Shown here: positions 18,031 through 27,714 of the stretch, one piece after another | How the letters are laid out: each line of letters begins with the position of its first letter | How positions within the stretch are numbered: position 1 is the first letter of the stretch | NCBI GenBank assembly: GCA_038063735.1 | Contig: JBBTUN010000009.1 | Span: forward strand, 12,491 to 76,490 | Direction of reading: 5' to 3' | Length of the DNA stretch: 64,000 nt | Source of the DNA: Patescibacteria group bacterium | Lineage (GTDB): Bacteria; Patescibacteriota; Microgenomatia; Curtissbacterales; GWA2-41-24 | Notes under the pieces: model-generated | Databases searched by the model: none | The model's input: the letters and a program-made list of their open reading frames with translations, nothing else | Told to the model about the DNA's origin: nothing | Made by a program: the position numbers and the translations under genes

Positions 18031-19377
18031 ATGTTTAATTTTCTTGCCCAAAATTATCTGACGCGCGGTTTTTGGGGGGACGAGGCGTGGACTTCTATGA
18101 TTTCACTGCTTCCCTACACGCAGATGTTAAAGACGACGGCTGCAGATTTTCATCCTCCAGGTTACTACACCATTGTGGGGCTTGTTTACAGGTTTTTGCC
18201 CCCTACCGAGATTAATACCAGACTTGTTTCCTTAGTTTTTTACTTTCTGACGCTTTTTATGGTTTATAAGCTGGCCAGTTATGTGAAGGGGGGTACTTTT
18301 GGGGTTTTGAGTGCATTGGTCGTGGCCTTAAATCCTATATTCTTTACATATGCATTTGAGGCAAGGAATTACACAATGTTTGCCTTTGTAGCTACGGGGT
18401 CTGTATTTTTTCTGATTGAACTGTCTAAAAAGTTTTCAAAAGCACGCGCTATTGCATTTATTTTGTTTACAACACTTGGAATGTACACACATTACTACAT
18501 GTTTTTTATTTTAGGGGCGCAAGGCATTTATCTTCTGCTTTTTGATAGAAAAATATTTCTTAAGATGATGCTTCTTTACGTTGTTGTAGGGGTGTTGTAC
18601 CTACCCTGGTTGAAGGCTCTGGTGGGACAACTTACGTCGGTTTCCTCAAGCTACTGGATAGCTCCGATTGATTGGCGGCACACGCATTACGAGGCTCTAC
18701 TTAGAATTTTAGGCGGTGAGCAAAAGAATGACGTGTTAAATATATTTTCTCTGAGAGACACATTGTTTTGGTTGTCTATAAGTTTACTTGGACTAGGGGT
18801 TGTGCAGCATATTTTGCGCCATAAATTCGAAAAGCCGTATCTTTTAATTTGGCTTTGGGCAGTTGTCCCTTTTATTCTGGCAACTCTGCCCGGGCTTCAG
18901 GTTGACGGTTTTAAATTCCCGTTTAGGCCAATATTTTTTTGGAGGTATTTAATTGGGTCTTCCATTCCGCTTTCTATGGTGATTGTTCACGCCGGCCTAA
19001 AACTTCCCAAGCAAATGGCTTTAGTTCTTATTGGTGCGATTATATTGTTGTCGGCAATTGTCGATGTGCGGACTTTTAGTTCATCTCCGTATTCATTCCG
19101 GGAAGAGTATCAAAATAAGGTGTTAGAACAAATTGAGACGAGTGATGATATTGTGACTATTTTACCTTCGTTTGCCGAAGTTATATATTATAAGGACCGG
19201 AATGGTTTAAGCAACAATTTGATTGTTTCACCCGAAGGCCTTGTGCAGTCATCCGGTAAAAGCTTGCTGGACACGTACGTTGAGAATGGTAAAGTAACTC
19301 TTGGAGAGAGTAAAGGCGCTAATTTTGAACTGCGTCGAGACGACAACGGACAGATTAAGACTATTAATGATAGATGA
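18031..19377 (+). CDS. GT-C fold glycosyltransferase (PMT/ArnT-like)
   Basis: WGDEA, HPP.YY and EARNY motifs; polytopic. Confidence 0.85.
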   Translation: MFNFLAQNYLTRGFWGDEAWTSMISLLPYTQMLKTTAADFHPPGYYTIVGLVYRFLPPTEINTRLVSLVFYFLTLFMVYKLASYVKGGTFGVLSALVVALNPIFFTYAFEARNYTMFAFVATGSVFFLIELSKKFSKARAIAFILFTTLGMYTHYYMFFILGAQGIYLLLFDRKIFLKMMLLYVVVGVLYLPWLKALVGQLTSVSSSYWIAPIDWRHTHYEALLRILGGEQKNDVLNIFSLRDTLFWLSISLLGLGVVQHILRHKFEKPYLLIWLWAVVPFILATLPGLQVDGFKFPFRPIFFWRYLIGSSIPLSMVIVHAGLKLPKQMALVLIGAIILLSAIVDVRTFSSSPYSFREEYQNKVLEQIETSDDIVTILPSFAEVIYYKDRNGLSNNLIVSPEGLVQSSGKSLLDTYVENGKVTLGESKGANFELRRDDNGQIKTINDR

Positions 19378-20858
19378 AAAGTTTGCTTACTAAACTTGAG
19401 AGGCACCATTTACTAATTTTTGTTGTACTTTTTTTGACTTTTATTTTTCGATTCCCATCCCTATTTGAACCGTTTTGGTACGGAGATGAGGGTATTTTTG
19501 CAGCGGTCGGGCGAAACCTAAATTTTGGTGGAGTACTTTACCAAACTGCTTGGGACAATAAACCTCCAATGATATATCTGACTTATGCTGGGATATTTTC
19601 GATGTTCGGCGTATCTATGTTTTGGCTTAGGCTCGTAACAATTGTGGTGGTTCTTGCAACTTCTGCCGTAATTTACGAAATCGGTAATATGACTATTGGT
19701 AAACATAGAGCGCTTATTGCTGCATTTATTTTTGGTCTAATAACTTCGTTTAGGTTAGTTGAAGGCAACTTGGCACTAACCGAAATATTTATGATACTAC
19801 CAATTTCTTTGGCAATCTGGATTGCAATAAAGCGAAATTTTGACTACGTCTCTCTATTTGCGTCCGGGGTACTTATTTCAGTGGCTTCTTTGTACAAACA
19901 AGTTGGCGCATTTGAGGCAGCAGCGCTTGGAATCTATGTTTTATTGCAAAAAGACAGTTTGGTTGGATTTATTAAAAAAGGCTTTGCACTATCCTTGGGT
20001 TTTGTTGTTCCATACGCTATAACAATTGGATATTTTGCCTCAAAAGGCTTAGTTTCCGACTACATTTTTGGGGCATACACATATTACAAAATTTATCTCA
20101 ATGAAAGCCCTCAATATGCATTCTTAATTAATACGGCGAAATATTTGCCCGTTGTTTCAACAGTTTTCTACGGTCTCTGGAAAAAATTTAAAGGTGTCGA
20201 TGTTGGTTACAATCATCTGCTGCTTCTTTGGCTTTCGTTGTCTCTGTTGGGAAGTTATTTTTCCGGAAGAACCTACGGTCATTATCTCGTTCAAGCAGTT
20301 CCGGCTCTCTCGCTACTTTTGGCATCCATTAATCTTAAAGGCGTATCTTTGAGTAAGGAGAGGCTTTTGTATGCGACTTTGTTTCTTCTTCCCGTTTTGT
20401 TTTTAACAAGGCTTTTCTTTTCAACATTTATTGTTAATGGCCCTGTTTCTCAGGCTAAATACTGGGTTAATTTTTCCCAAAAGGTGACAGGCGTCAAAAC
20501 TTTGGACGAATATAATAATTTTTTTGATACTAATGTAAACACAATCATGGCTTTATCTGACTTCCTGAAAATGAATGGGGGCTATGGAAAATCTATTTAT
20601 ATATGGGGAGATTTTCCCTGGTTGTATGCGATGATGGATGCAAAAAACCCGTCGCGGTACGTTACATCTTTTCATGTATTTGGAGTACCCAACGGACAAG
20701 AAGAAGTGGTCAGGGATTTGGTGGATAAGACACCTTTGTATATTATTAAGCCGCAAACCTCTATTGGCCACTTTAATGAGCTTGAGAATTTGTTAGGTGC
20801 AAAGTATACTCTTCAGGCAAAAATAAACAATGCCGATGTTTACGCTTTAATAAAGTGA
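19374..20858 (+). CDS. GT-C fold glycosyltransferase (ArnT-like)
   Basis: GDEG, LY...WDNKPP and HY.VQ..P motifs; polytopic. Confidence 0.85.
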   Translation: MKSLLTKLERHHLLIFVVLFLTFIFRFPSLFEPFWYGDEGIFAAVGRNLNFGGVLYQTAWDNKPPMIYLTYAGIFSMFGVSMFWLRLVTIVVVLATSAVIYEIGNMTIGKHRALIAAFIFGLITSFRLVEGNLALTEIFMILPISLAIWIAIKRNFDYVSLFASGVLISVASLYKQVGAFEAAALGIYVLLQKDSLVGFIKKGFALSLGFVVPYAITIGYFASKGLVSDYIFGAYTYYKIYLNESPQYAFLINTAKYLPVVSTVFYGLWKKFKGVDVGYNHLLLLWLSLSLLGSYFSGRTYGHYLVQAVPALSLLLASINLKGVSLSKERLLYATLFLLPVLFLTRLFFSTFIVNGPVSQAKYWVNFSQKVTGVKTLDEYNNFFDTNVNTIMALSDFLKMNGGYGKSIYIWGDFPWLYAMMDAKNPSRYVTSFHVFGVPNGQEEVVRDLVDKTPLYIIKPQTSIGHFNELENLLGAKYTLQAKINNADVYALIK

Positions 20859-20870
20859 AAATTGATATTT

Positions 20871-21296
20871 ATGGCAACATCAAATGTGGATACACAATCT
20901 CTACCCAAACTTGGTGGAATAACACCTAGCCGATTTTCAATAAGTGAAGAGGTTCAAAAGGGAGTTGTATCCGACAAGTTTAACCTCGTTGTTTTTTCGC
21001 TTTGCGCGATTTTTGTCATTTTGCAGGTTCTAATACTAATTTTTTACTGGAAACGCCTGCCTCCGCAGATCCCTTTGTTTTACTCAAAACCGTGGGGAGA
21101 CGCAATGCTGGCTACCAACTTCTTCGTTTGGATTTTACCAATGCTGGGCGCTCTTTTTGTTTTTTTAAATTTTTTAATTGTAATTTTTTTAACACGAGAT
21201 AATAAATTTTTATCGAGAGCCCTTATTGTTGCCAGTTTAATTGTTGGCTTTTTAACTTTTTATGCTACCCTTAAGGTCATTACACTAATAGCATGA
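20871..21296 (+). CDS. Small membrane protein (DUF1648-like)
   Basis: LPPQIPLFYSKPWG motif between TM helices. Confidence 0.7.
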   Translation: MATSNVDTQSLPKLGGITPSRFSISEEVQKGVVSDKFNLVVFSLCAIFVILQVLILIFYWKRLPPQIPLFYSKPWGDAMLATNFFVWILPMLGALFVFLNFLIVIFLTRDNKFLSRALIVASLIVGFLTFYATLKVITLIA

Positions 21297-22375
21297 CCTC
21301 ACTCGCTGCTTTTGTTCTGTCTCTTTTTTTGAGCTTAATTTTCGTAAAATGTACAACTTGGAGTGCTTTAAAAATTGGCCTTGTTGATGATCCAAAAAAA
21401 AGAAAGCATCCTGCTGCTATGCATACAAAGCCCATACCACGTGCAGGTGGTTTGCCAATATTTTTAGCTTTTTTAATAACTTCTCTGATTTTTGTTCAAT
21501 TTTCTCAGAAGTTTTTTGGGATAATCTTGGGAGGGCTTGTTTTGATACTAGTGGGAATTTTGGATGACAAGTACGACTTGAAAAGTCTCTATAAGTTTGG
21601 TGGGCAAATGCTGGCGGCTGTTATCGTCGTTGCGTCTGGGATTGGCATTAGCTTTATAACAAATCCGTTTCAGCTTTTTGAAAACAATTTACCTGGCGTG
21701 ATTCGGCTGGATGAGTGGAAGATTGTTTTTGATTTCTTTGGAACCCACTCAATAGTGATACTTGCCGATCTCTTTGCGCTGTTTTGGATAGTATGGGTAA
21801 TTAATATGGTTAATTTTTCAGCAGGTGTTGACGGTCAACTCGGCGGGATTGCTCTTGTTACACTACTGGTTATTTTTGTAGCGTCACTGCGGTTTGGTGC
21901 AGATCCGACACAAAGTATTGTGACAACGCTTGCAGTTATTGGGTCCGGAGCAACTCTTGGATTCTTGATATTTAATGTTTATCCCGCCAAAATTTTCCCG
22001 GGTGACAGCGGTTCGTACTTTTTGGGCTTTTTGATAGCTGTTCTTGCGATTTTGGCTGGTGCCCGTGTTGGCACTGCTATTTTGGTAATGGCTGTGCCTT
22101 TGATTGATGGCGTTTTTACAGTCGTTAGGCGTATCGCTGAGGGTAAATCTCCATTTACCGGCGACAGAAAACATTTGCACCACCGGCTTTTAGAACTCGG
22201 CTTTAACCCAAGGGAGGTTTCCTTGTTTTATTGGCTTTTGTGTGCTATTTTAGGCGCGGTTGCGCTAGTTTTGCCTGCCGATCAAAAGTTATTTGCTGGC
22301 GTATTTATAGCTATAATAGTATTAGGCGGAATTTTATGGATAAATACAAGTTTACAGGGTACGGACCGAAAGTAA
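21293..22375 (+). CDS. Polyprenyl-phosphate GlcNAc-1-P transferase (WecA/TagO, MraY-like)
   Basis: PRAGG, GILDD, N..N...GVDG, FPGDSG and DRKHLHH motifs. Confidence 0.92.
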   Translation: MTSLAAFVLSLFLSLIFVKCTTWSALKIGLVDDPKKRKHPAAMHTKPIPRAGGLPIFLAFLITSLIFVQFSQKFFGIILGGLVLILVGILDDKYDLKSLYKFGGQMLAAVIVVASGIGISFITNPFQLFENNLPGVIRLDEWKIVFDFFGTHSIVILADLFALFWIVWVINMVNFSAGVDGQLGGIALVTLLVIFVASLRFGADPTQSIVTTLAVIGSGATLGFLIFNVYPAKIFPGDSGSYFLGFLIAVLAILAGARVGTAILVMAVPLIDGVFTVVRRIAEGKSPFTGDRKHLHHRLLELGFNPREVSLFYWLLCAILGAVALVLPADQKLFAGVFIAIIVLGGILWINTSLQGTDRK

Positions 22376-23346
22376 TCTGGATACCATTTTGGCTGTTTGT
22401 TTCGTCCCGCCCCCGTCAGTGGCTTAAAAATTTGGCGCTTTTTGCAGCCCTTGTATTTGATGGCTCATTCTTTGTCGGGGAAAAATTCTTTTTAACTGTT
22501 ATCGGGTTTTTCATATTTTGTTTGATTACCTCGGGAATTTATATAATTAATGATGTCATAGACCGCAAGAAAGACCTTTCCCACCCTTTTAAAAGTAATA
22601 GGCCGATAGCCGCGGGCAGAGTTAGTCCTCTGATTGCGACTGTTTGGGCAATAGTAGTTTTGGTGTTTGGCCTTGTTTTGGCCTCTTCTCTATCTACATT
22701 TTTTTTATATGCTTGCGTTGCTTACATCGCTTTACAAGTTACTTATTCCTTATTTTTAAGGTCTTATATGCTGCTTGACGTAATGGCAATTGCGTCTGGA
22801 TTTTTGCTTAGGGTGTATGCCGGTGCGGTACTAATTGATGCACATGTTACTGTCTGGTTTATGTTAACTGTTGCCTCGCTTGCTCTATTTTTGGCGATCG
22901 GTAAAAGGCGAAGTGAACGCACGCTTCTTATGGGTTCCGGAGCAAGGGGAATCGATACAAGGCAAATCCTTAATAAATACCCCGAAACATTACTTGACGG
23001 GCTAACCATTATGTTTGCAACAGCTTGCTGGTTTTCTTACACCATGTTTACCTTTTTGCAACCGCCGCCTTCTGCGGGGCCGCAAGTTTTGGTATTATTT
23101 GGCGATTATTTGCCAAGAACTTTTCTGGCATCAAAATGGCTGATGGCAACGGTACCTTTTGTAATCTATGGTGTGATGAGATATTTGTATGTTATTTATG
23201 AGAAAAAAGAAGGCGAATCACCTGAGCGGGTTTTACTTTCCGACATACCGCTTCTTTCCTCGGTAGTGCTTTGGATTTTTATAGTCTTTCTGGTAATTTA
23301 CGGCTCGGATATTTTACCTGCAAAACTGGTGCGATTTTTACAGTAA
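22336..23346 (+). CDS. UbiA-family polyprenyl-phosphate phosphoribosyltransferase (DPPR synthase-like)
   Basis: RPRQWLKN, YIIND..D...D..HP.K..RPIA.G and KRRSE motifs; start set at ATG 22336. Confidence 0.88.
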   Translation: MDKYKFTGYGPKVIWIPFWLFVSSRPRQWLKNLALFAALVFDGSFFVGEKFFLTVIGFFIFCLITSGIYIINDVIDRKKDLSHPFKSNRPIAAGRVSPLIATVWAIVVLVFGLVLASSLSTFFLYACVAYIALQVTYSLFLRSYMLLDVMAIASGFLLRVYAGAVLIDAHVTVWFMLTVASLALFLAIGKRRSERTLLMGSGARGIDTRQILNKYPETLLDGLTIMFATACWFSYTMFTFLQPPPSAGPQVLVLFGDYLPRTFLASKWLMATVPFVIYGVMRYLYVIYEKKEGESPERVLLSDIPLLSSVVLWIFIVFLVIYGSDILPAKLVRFLQ

Positions 23347-23409
23347 CTTCTGAGTGACTTGATCTCGTTGCTTATTGATATGTTTTGTCATGTTTAGTAT
23401 TAATTAGTC

Positions 23410-23556
23410 ATGAATAGTAATGTGGTTTATACGCTGGAAGAAGTGCTTGGCCTCGACAATGATTTATGTCTGGCGGAAAAAGAAGACTTAAAAAGTATCG
23501 CAAAGGTTGAGTCTGAGGTTAAAAAAGCAAGATCGCGGTTATGGTGGTTACCATAG
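23410..23556 (+). CDS. Small hypothetical protein (48 aa)
   Basis: MNSNVVYTLEEVLGLDNDLCLAEKEDLKSIAKVESEVKKARSRLWWLP fills the intergenic gap. Confidence 0.5.
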   Translation: MNSNVVYTLEEVLGLDNDLCLAEKEDLKSIAKVESEVKKARSRLWWLP

Positions 23557-23590
23557 TTTGGGCTAATTTATTTGGTTTTTAATTCATTAC

Positions 23591-23908
23591 TCAGAAGTTA
23601 ACATGTTGGCGGCCTATTGGCACGATTTTTATTAGTAAGCGCCCTTTGAGGGCTTGAGTTACTTTTTCAAGAGTTTTGAGAGAGTAACCTGTGTAGTCTG
23701 CTGATTCGATTCTTGCGATATTGGATTGCCTGGTACCAACTAGTTTTGCCAGTTGAGTTTGAGTTAACCCGATTTTTTTTCTAAGATCACAAATCTGAAA
23801 AGCAATGTCCCATGCCTGACCGGCCTTTTTAAATTCCTCTTTTAATGAGGGGTCTTTCTTCAGTAGTTTTTCTGTTAATTTATCTAAATCGTCCTTTTTT
23901 CTTTTCAT
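23591..23908 (-). CDS. XRE/HTH antitoxin (HigA-like)
   Basis: LRK..GLTQ.QLA..VGT.QS.IARIE helix-turn-helix; lies downstream of the toxin. Confidence 0.88.
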   Translation of the reverse strand: MKRKKDDLDKLTEKLLKKDPSLKEEFKKAGQAWDIAFQICDLRKKIGLTQTQLAKLVGTRQSNIARIESADYTGYSLKTLEKVTQALKGRLLIKIVPIGRQHVNF

Positions 23909-24261
23909 GAATCTTTCCTCGCTTTTAGTTCTTTTAATCTTTTCCTGGCAATTTCCAGTTCATTTGATGGTGTTTTCTGTTGCTTTTTAACAAAAACGTG
24001 CAGCAAGATAATTATCCTTCCTTTGTCAAAAGTATATATTATTCTTAGGATATCCGTTCCCGATTTTATTCTTAACTCCCATAATCCAGATTCGATATGC
24101 TTAGATAATGGTTCCTTGTGATAGCTTCTATTTCGTAGCTTCTCGATTCCTTCTCTAGCCTTTACAAGTAGTTGCCTGTTTCTGTTTGCAAGACCTAGAA
24201 AAAATTCTTCAATAGGACTTTTGCTTGAATTACTTTTGTAAAAGATTATTTCAAAATCCAT
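23905..24261 (-). CDS. RelE/HigB-family toxin (Gp49-like)
   Basis: SPIEEF...GLWELR....RIIY...IILLH.F.KK.QKTP..E...A..R pattern; toxin-first order. Confidence 0.88.
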   Translation of the reverse strand: MDFEIIFYKSNSSKSPIEEFFLGLANRNRQLLVKAREGIEKLRNRSYHKEPLSKHIESGLWELRIKSGTDILRIIYTFDKGRIIILLHVFVKKQQKTPSNELEIARKRLKELKARKDS

Positions 24262-24266
24262 TTAAT

Positions 24267-24284
24267 TATATCAAATTTGATATA
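24267..24284. promoter_or_regulatory. Perfect 18-bp palindrome, probable TA operator
   Basis: TATATCAAATTTGATATA, 6 nt upstream of the toxin start. Confidence 0.75.
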
Positions 24285-24336
24285 TAGATTCAATACTTAA
24301 ATCTAAGAAAAATTATATCACAGGCGAAAAATGTGG

Positions 24337-25422
24337 TTAGCCTTGATTTTGATTGTCCTGAGGGTTGTTTTGGAGCTTTGGCTGGGCGTCGAGAGTCGGA
24401 AAACGCGGGTCGGGGTTAGGGGTCGACGAGCTTTTGGTTGGCGAAGAAGCAGAATCTTCCTTCTTAACTTTCTTACTTTTAAGCAAAGCTATAAGCATGG
24501 GTATTGTAAACAATGCTGTGAGAAGAATATATGGCGGTAAGGTGATTAAAGTTCCTGTGCCTGAAAAAGAATCTATACTTCTAGTTCCACCATCGCCAAA
24601 TTGCCCGGCATACATTAATATTACCCAAAATGGTATAACAACGATTAATGAATAAAAAAGAACCTTTCTGATTTGTTTCAAAAACAAAAGTGACTTTTCA
24701 GGATCATCTCCAGCTGATTTATTGAAGAAAAAAAATAGTAGATTACTAGCCACAATTAAGACTAAGGCTCCATCAAAATAATCGAATAAATGTCGGAAAA
24801 CATATGATCCGAATCTGCTCAAGGACAAAATGGCGAAAGTAGAAATAATTTCGGAAAATATTATAAAAACAAAATTTATAATTGCGAAAGGTAAGCTGAT
24901 TTCTGTTTGTGTTTGTTTCAGAGCATAACCAGTGCCTGATGAGTTTTCAGCATATGCTTGTGTATGTGAGTACCATAATCTCCATAAATGGCGGGTGGTC
25001 AACAGTGTTACAAATAGGGAAATTAAACCGGCTACTATGAAAATAATGCCTGCAACTGCTCCCCATTCTTCACCGATGGTAGATTGATGAGTTGCTTCAT
25101 AATTTATGATCCATAAACTCCATATTATTCCGTAAACAGATAAACAAATGAGTAAAATATTTAGTATTAATCCAGTAATTCCTGCCCATGATTTTTTTAA
25201 AAGAATTCCACATGCGCATAAGAAAATGCTCATTGTTGCTATTAGTAATAACAGTTGTAAAAGACCTTTCCCTGGACCGACTCCATCAATAGTGCTGAGG
25301 AGTATCAAAAATGCAATTGCAGCAAGAATAAAATATGGAAATGAAAGTATAATGCTGAAGCCTTTTTTAGTGTTAAGTTCTGTTTGCTGATTTTGTAGCT
25401 GGATTTGTGAGTTTTGTTCCAT
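24337..25422 (-). CDS. Polytopic hypothetical membrane protein
   Basis: About 8 TM segments; low-complexity C-terminal tail. Confidence 0.75.
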   Translation of the reverse strand: MEQNSQIQLQNQQTELNTKKGFSIILSFPYFILAAIAFLILLSTIDGVGPGKGLLQLLLLIATMSIFLCACGILLKKSWAGITGLILNILLICLSVYGIIWSLWIINYEATHQSTIGEEWGAVAGIIFIVAGLISLFVTLLTTRHLWRLWYSHTQAYAENSSGTGYALKQTQTEISLPFAIINFVFIIFSEIISTFAILSLSRFGSYVFRHLFDYFDGALVLIVASNLLFFFFNKSAGDDPEKSLLFLKQIRKVLFYSLIVVIPFWVILMYAGQFGDGGTRSIDSFSGTGTLITLPPYILLTALFTIPMLIALLKSKKVKKEDSASSPTKSSSTPNPDPRFPTLDAQPKLQNNPQDNQNQG

Positions 25423-25868
25423 TAATTAGTCTGGATTTGGAAGGTTACCGATTGGGCGTCAGTTGCTGATTGCGACAGAAGGCTGATTGGGGTGGATGAT
25501 TGGGATGGGATGTTGATTTTAATTAACTGATTATTTAAATTTTCTCCAAAAAAAAGCTTGTTTTCTGTTGATTGATTTTTGATTGTGTAAGTTTTGGTTT
25601 CGCTTGTCGGATTGTTGACGATGATAATGGACAAGTATGCCTGGGATGGTACCTGTTTGGTAAGGGTGATTGTATAGGTATTTTGTGATTGGCTGAAAGT
25701 CATACTGGGGAATTTTTCGGTTTGGGAAACTAAAAGATATGGCGACTCTGATTTTACACCGGCTACTTGGGCAAAGTTTTTGGCAAAGTAGATTGGCGCT
25801 GCGATCAGCGAAACAAGAAAGAACACAGCGAGCAGGTTATAAACGATTGTCGCTAAGTGATGCTTCAT
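25422..25868 (-). CDS. Membrane-anchored hypothetical protein
   Basis: N-terminal TM, VAGVK motif, beta-rich domain; TAATG coupling to the next gene. Confidence 0.75.
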   Translation of the reverse strand: MKHHLATIVYNLLAVFFLVSLIAAPIYFAKNFAQVAGVKSESPYLLVSQTEKFPSMTFSQSQNTYTITLTKQVPSQAYLSIIIVNNPTSETKTYTIKNQSTENKLFFGENLNNQLIKINIPSQSSTPISLLSQSATDAQSVTFQIQTN

Positions 25869-25874
25869 AATCTA

Positions 25875-25938
25875 TTAATTTTAAATTTTAAGTTTTTAAT
25901 TTTAATTGAATTTTTAATGTTTAAATTTTTAAAATTTC
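25875..25938. repeat. AT-rich degenerate heptamer element (half copy)
   Basis: AATTTTAAATTTTAAGTTTTTAATTTTAATTGAATTTTTAATGTTTAAATT closely resembles 43969-44068. Confidence 0.7.
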
Positions 25939-25940
25939 TT

Positions 25941-26477
25941 TTAGTTCCACCTTGTTATTTCCATTTCTTTTTGAACATCCATTGCAAAAATCCACGTGAA
26001 GTTTGCAGCGACGATGAGCGCAATAACCGTAATTTGAGGGTATGTAACACCAGAAATTGTTGAAGCTATTAAAAAACCGGTGCTTAGCCATAAAAATATT
26101 AACCAGATGGTTGCTATGTGATAGAGGTGGAAACTTGAGAGAATTAGGTTTTCCAAGTTAAGCGACGCCAGTTTTTGCTGAGTTTGCGGGGTAACGTGTG
26201 TTTCATGCAGGAAATGGGCACGCATTAAAACAATTAGAGTGCCTGCGGCGGCTGTTAAAAACATGGCCAGATTGGAATAATTCTCGGCAATTACGTAGTT
26301 GGGCAGGTTTGCAAAGACAACTTTCGGCAGGACGTTAAAAGCGCCACCAAAAACCACTTCATATTTAAAATTAAAAAAATAGGCAGACACAAGCAGCCCA
26401 GCCATTTTGGCGATAATTAAAATAACTGCCGGGATTATGGCTTCGTCTATGAGTTTTGCTAGCGATTTGGCTACCAT
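25941..26477 (-). CDS. Hypothetical membrane protein
   Basis: Four to five TM segments; LIDEAIIPA N-terminal motif. Confidence 0.75.
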   Translation of the reverse strand: MVAKSLAKLIDEAIIPAVILIIAKMAGLLVSAYFFNFKYEVVFGGAFNVLPKVVFANLPNYVIAENYSNLAMFLTAAAGTLIVLMRAHFLHETHVTPQTQQKLASLNLENLILSSFHLYHIATIWLIFLWLSTGFLIASTISGVTYPQITVIALIVAANFTWIFAMDVQKEMEITRWN

Positions 26478-26481
26478 AAAT

Positions 26482-26595
26482 TTAGTATACCAGTAGAGGT
26501 CAGTAGTATCGGTGAGTCGGTATAGTCGGTAAGAAAATATTGTACTGATATTACTGACAATACTGAATATGCCGACATTTACTGATTTTTACTGA
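26482..26595. repeat. 9-bp-periodic TCRGTR array followed by an inverted array
   Basis: TCAGTA/TCGGTG/TCGGTA/TCGGTA then TACTGA x3/TGCCGA/TACTGA x2. Confidence 0.8.
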
Positions 26596-26599
26596 AATT

Positions 26600-27424
26600 T
26601 TATATCTTCTTGGTGTATTGCTTGGAAATCCAGCCCAATTTGCCTTCGAAGGAAATTTTTATCCAATCTTCGGTTTCCTGGATAATTTCCAGTTTATCCC
26701 CTGTGTTTACCCTGCCAATTTCAGCCGAATCCAGCACCGGTTCTTTTCTTACTTTAAGATACCCCTGCGGAGTCTTGGCAATTTCTACTTCGGGAGTGTC
26801 GGTTTTAACGCTTTCGGTCGACGTGGGGTTTTTTGCCAACTCGGATGCCAATGTTACGCTGGCCACAAGCTTATATTTAGATGAGGTTTTTATGGCAAAT
26901 TCCCGATCTATAAAACCCTGGCCTTTGCTGATTCCTACTTTATGATCACCATTTTCTAAATCTGTAATAATTAGGGGTGTTTTACCTTTATATTTACCGT
27001 CTATGGTTATTTCTGCATCAGTTGGATTGGACGCAATAAATACGTCATTTTTACCCTTCTCCAGCCACAGAATTTCCCCACTTTGAGCCATTAAATTGTT
27101 ATTGAGTTCGCGATTTACGACAGTTAAGGTGCTTGGGTAAAGATCGATTTTACTTATATAGGAAGCTTCGGAAGCCGTAACTTTAAGGGTGTATGATCCA
27201 CTTTTGAGCTGGTCGGAGAAAAATGGGGTTTTCCCTAAGTGTTTCCCGTCCAGAAAAACCGAAGCTTCGGGGGTGGAAGTTACCTGCAGTGCGGCCGGCT
27301 TGGCAGTGCCAATGAGCGAGCAGCCACTTAATGAGGTTGCAAGTAGTAGGTAGAGGGTGGTAGGTAGCAGGTATTTTTTTACGACTAACGATGAACGATT
27401 AACAATGAACGTGATACTAGGCAT
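26600..27424 (-). CDS. Lipoprotein with two PEGA domains and a C-terminal SH3b domain
   Basis: Lipobox LSGC; S.P.A.V.LDG..GKTP twice; L.VR.EP....IG.V..G...W.KI..G..GWI. Confidence 0.88.
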   Translation of the reverse strand: MPSITFIVNRSSLVVKKYLLPTTLYLLLATSLSGCSLIGTAKPAALQVTSTPEASVFLDGKHLGKTPFFSDQLKSGSYTLKVTASEASYISKIDLYPSTLTVVNRELNNNLMAQSGEILWLEKGKNDVFIASNPTDAEITIDGKYKGKTPLIITDLENGDHKVGISKGQGFIDREFAIKTSSKYKLVASVTLASELAKNPTSTESVKTDTPEVEIAKTPQGYLKVRKEPVLDSAEIGRVNTGDKLEIIQETEDWIKISFEGKLGWISKQYTKKI

Positions 27425-27582
27425 TGCAATTAAGGTAACATTTGCGCATAGTTGGCGCAAGCATTTTAACGATAATTTTACTTCTTTTGAAGCTATTATA
27501 TCAAACTATAAGCTATGAATTTAACTGTGGGGCTGTGGGTACCTAAAAGTTGGTTCCATTTGCTTTTTATCTTACTATCGGT

Positions 27583-27611
27583 TTGACTTTGGAGTTAGAA
27601 TTTGCTATAAT
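27583..27611 (+). promoter_or_regulatory. Sigma70 promoter of the M23 peptidase gene
   Basis: TTGACT-17 bp-TATAAT with extended -10 TG. Confidence 0.8.
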
Positions 27612-27714
27612 TCGCCTTTGTAAATACCTCGACTATGGGCTTATAGTCCATATTCCCCTTCTCTTTTTTATAGGGGCGTATTGTGGCTTTGAAGCCTGAG
27701 GTTAGGAGAAAAAT

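Noticed and set aside
22231-22335. Upstream extension of the UbiA-family ORF
   Set aside because: It overlaps the WecA gene extensively; ATG 22336 is the more plausible start.
26482-26595. Possible CRISPR array
   Set aside because: The period is about 9 bp with 3-4 nt spacers, and there are no cas genes in the window.
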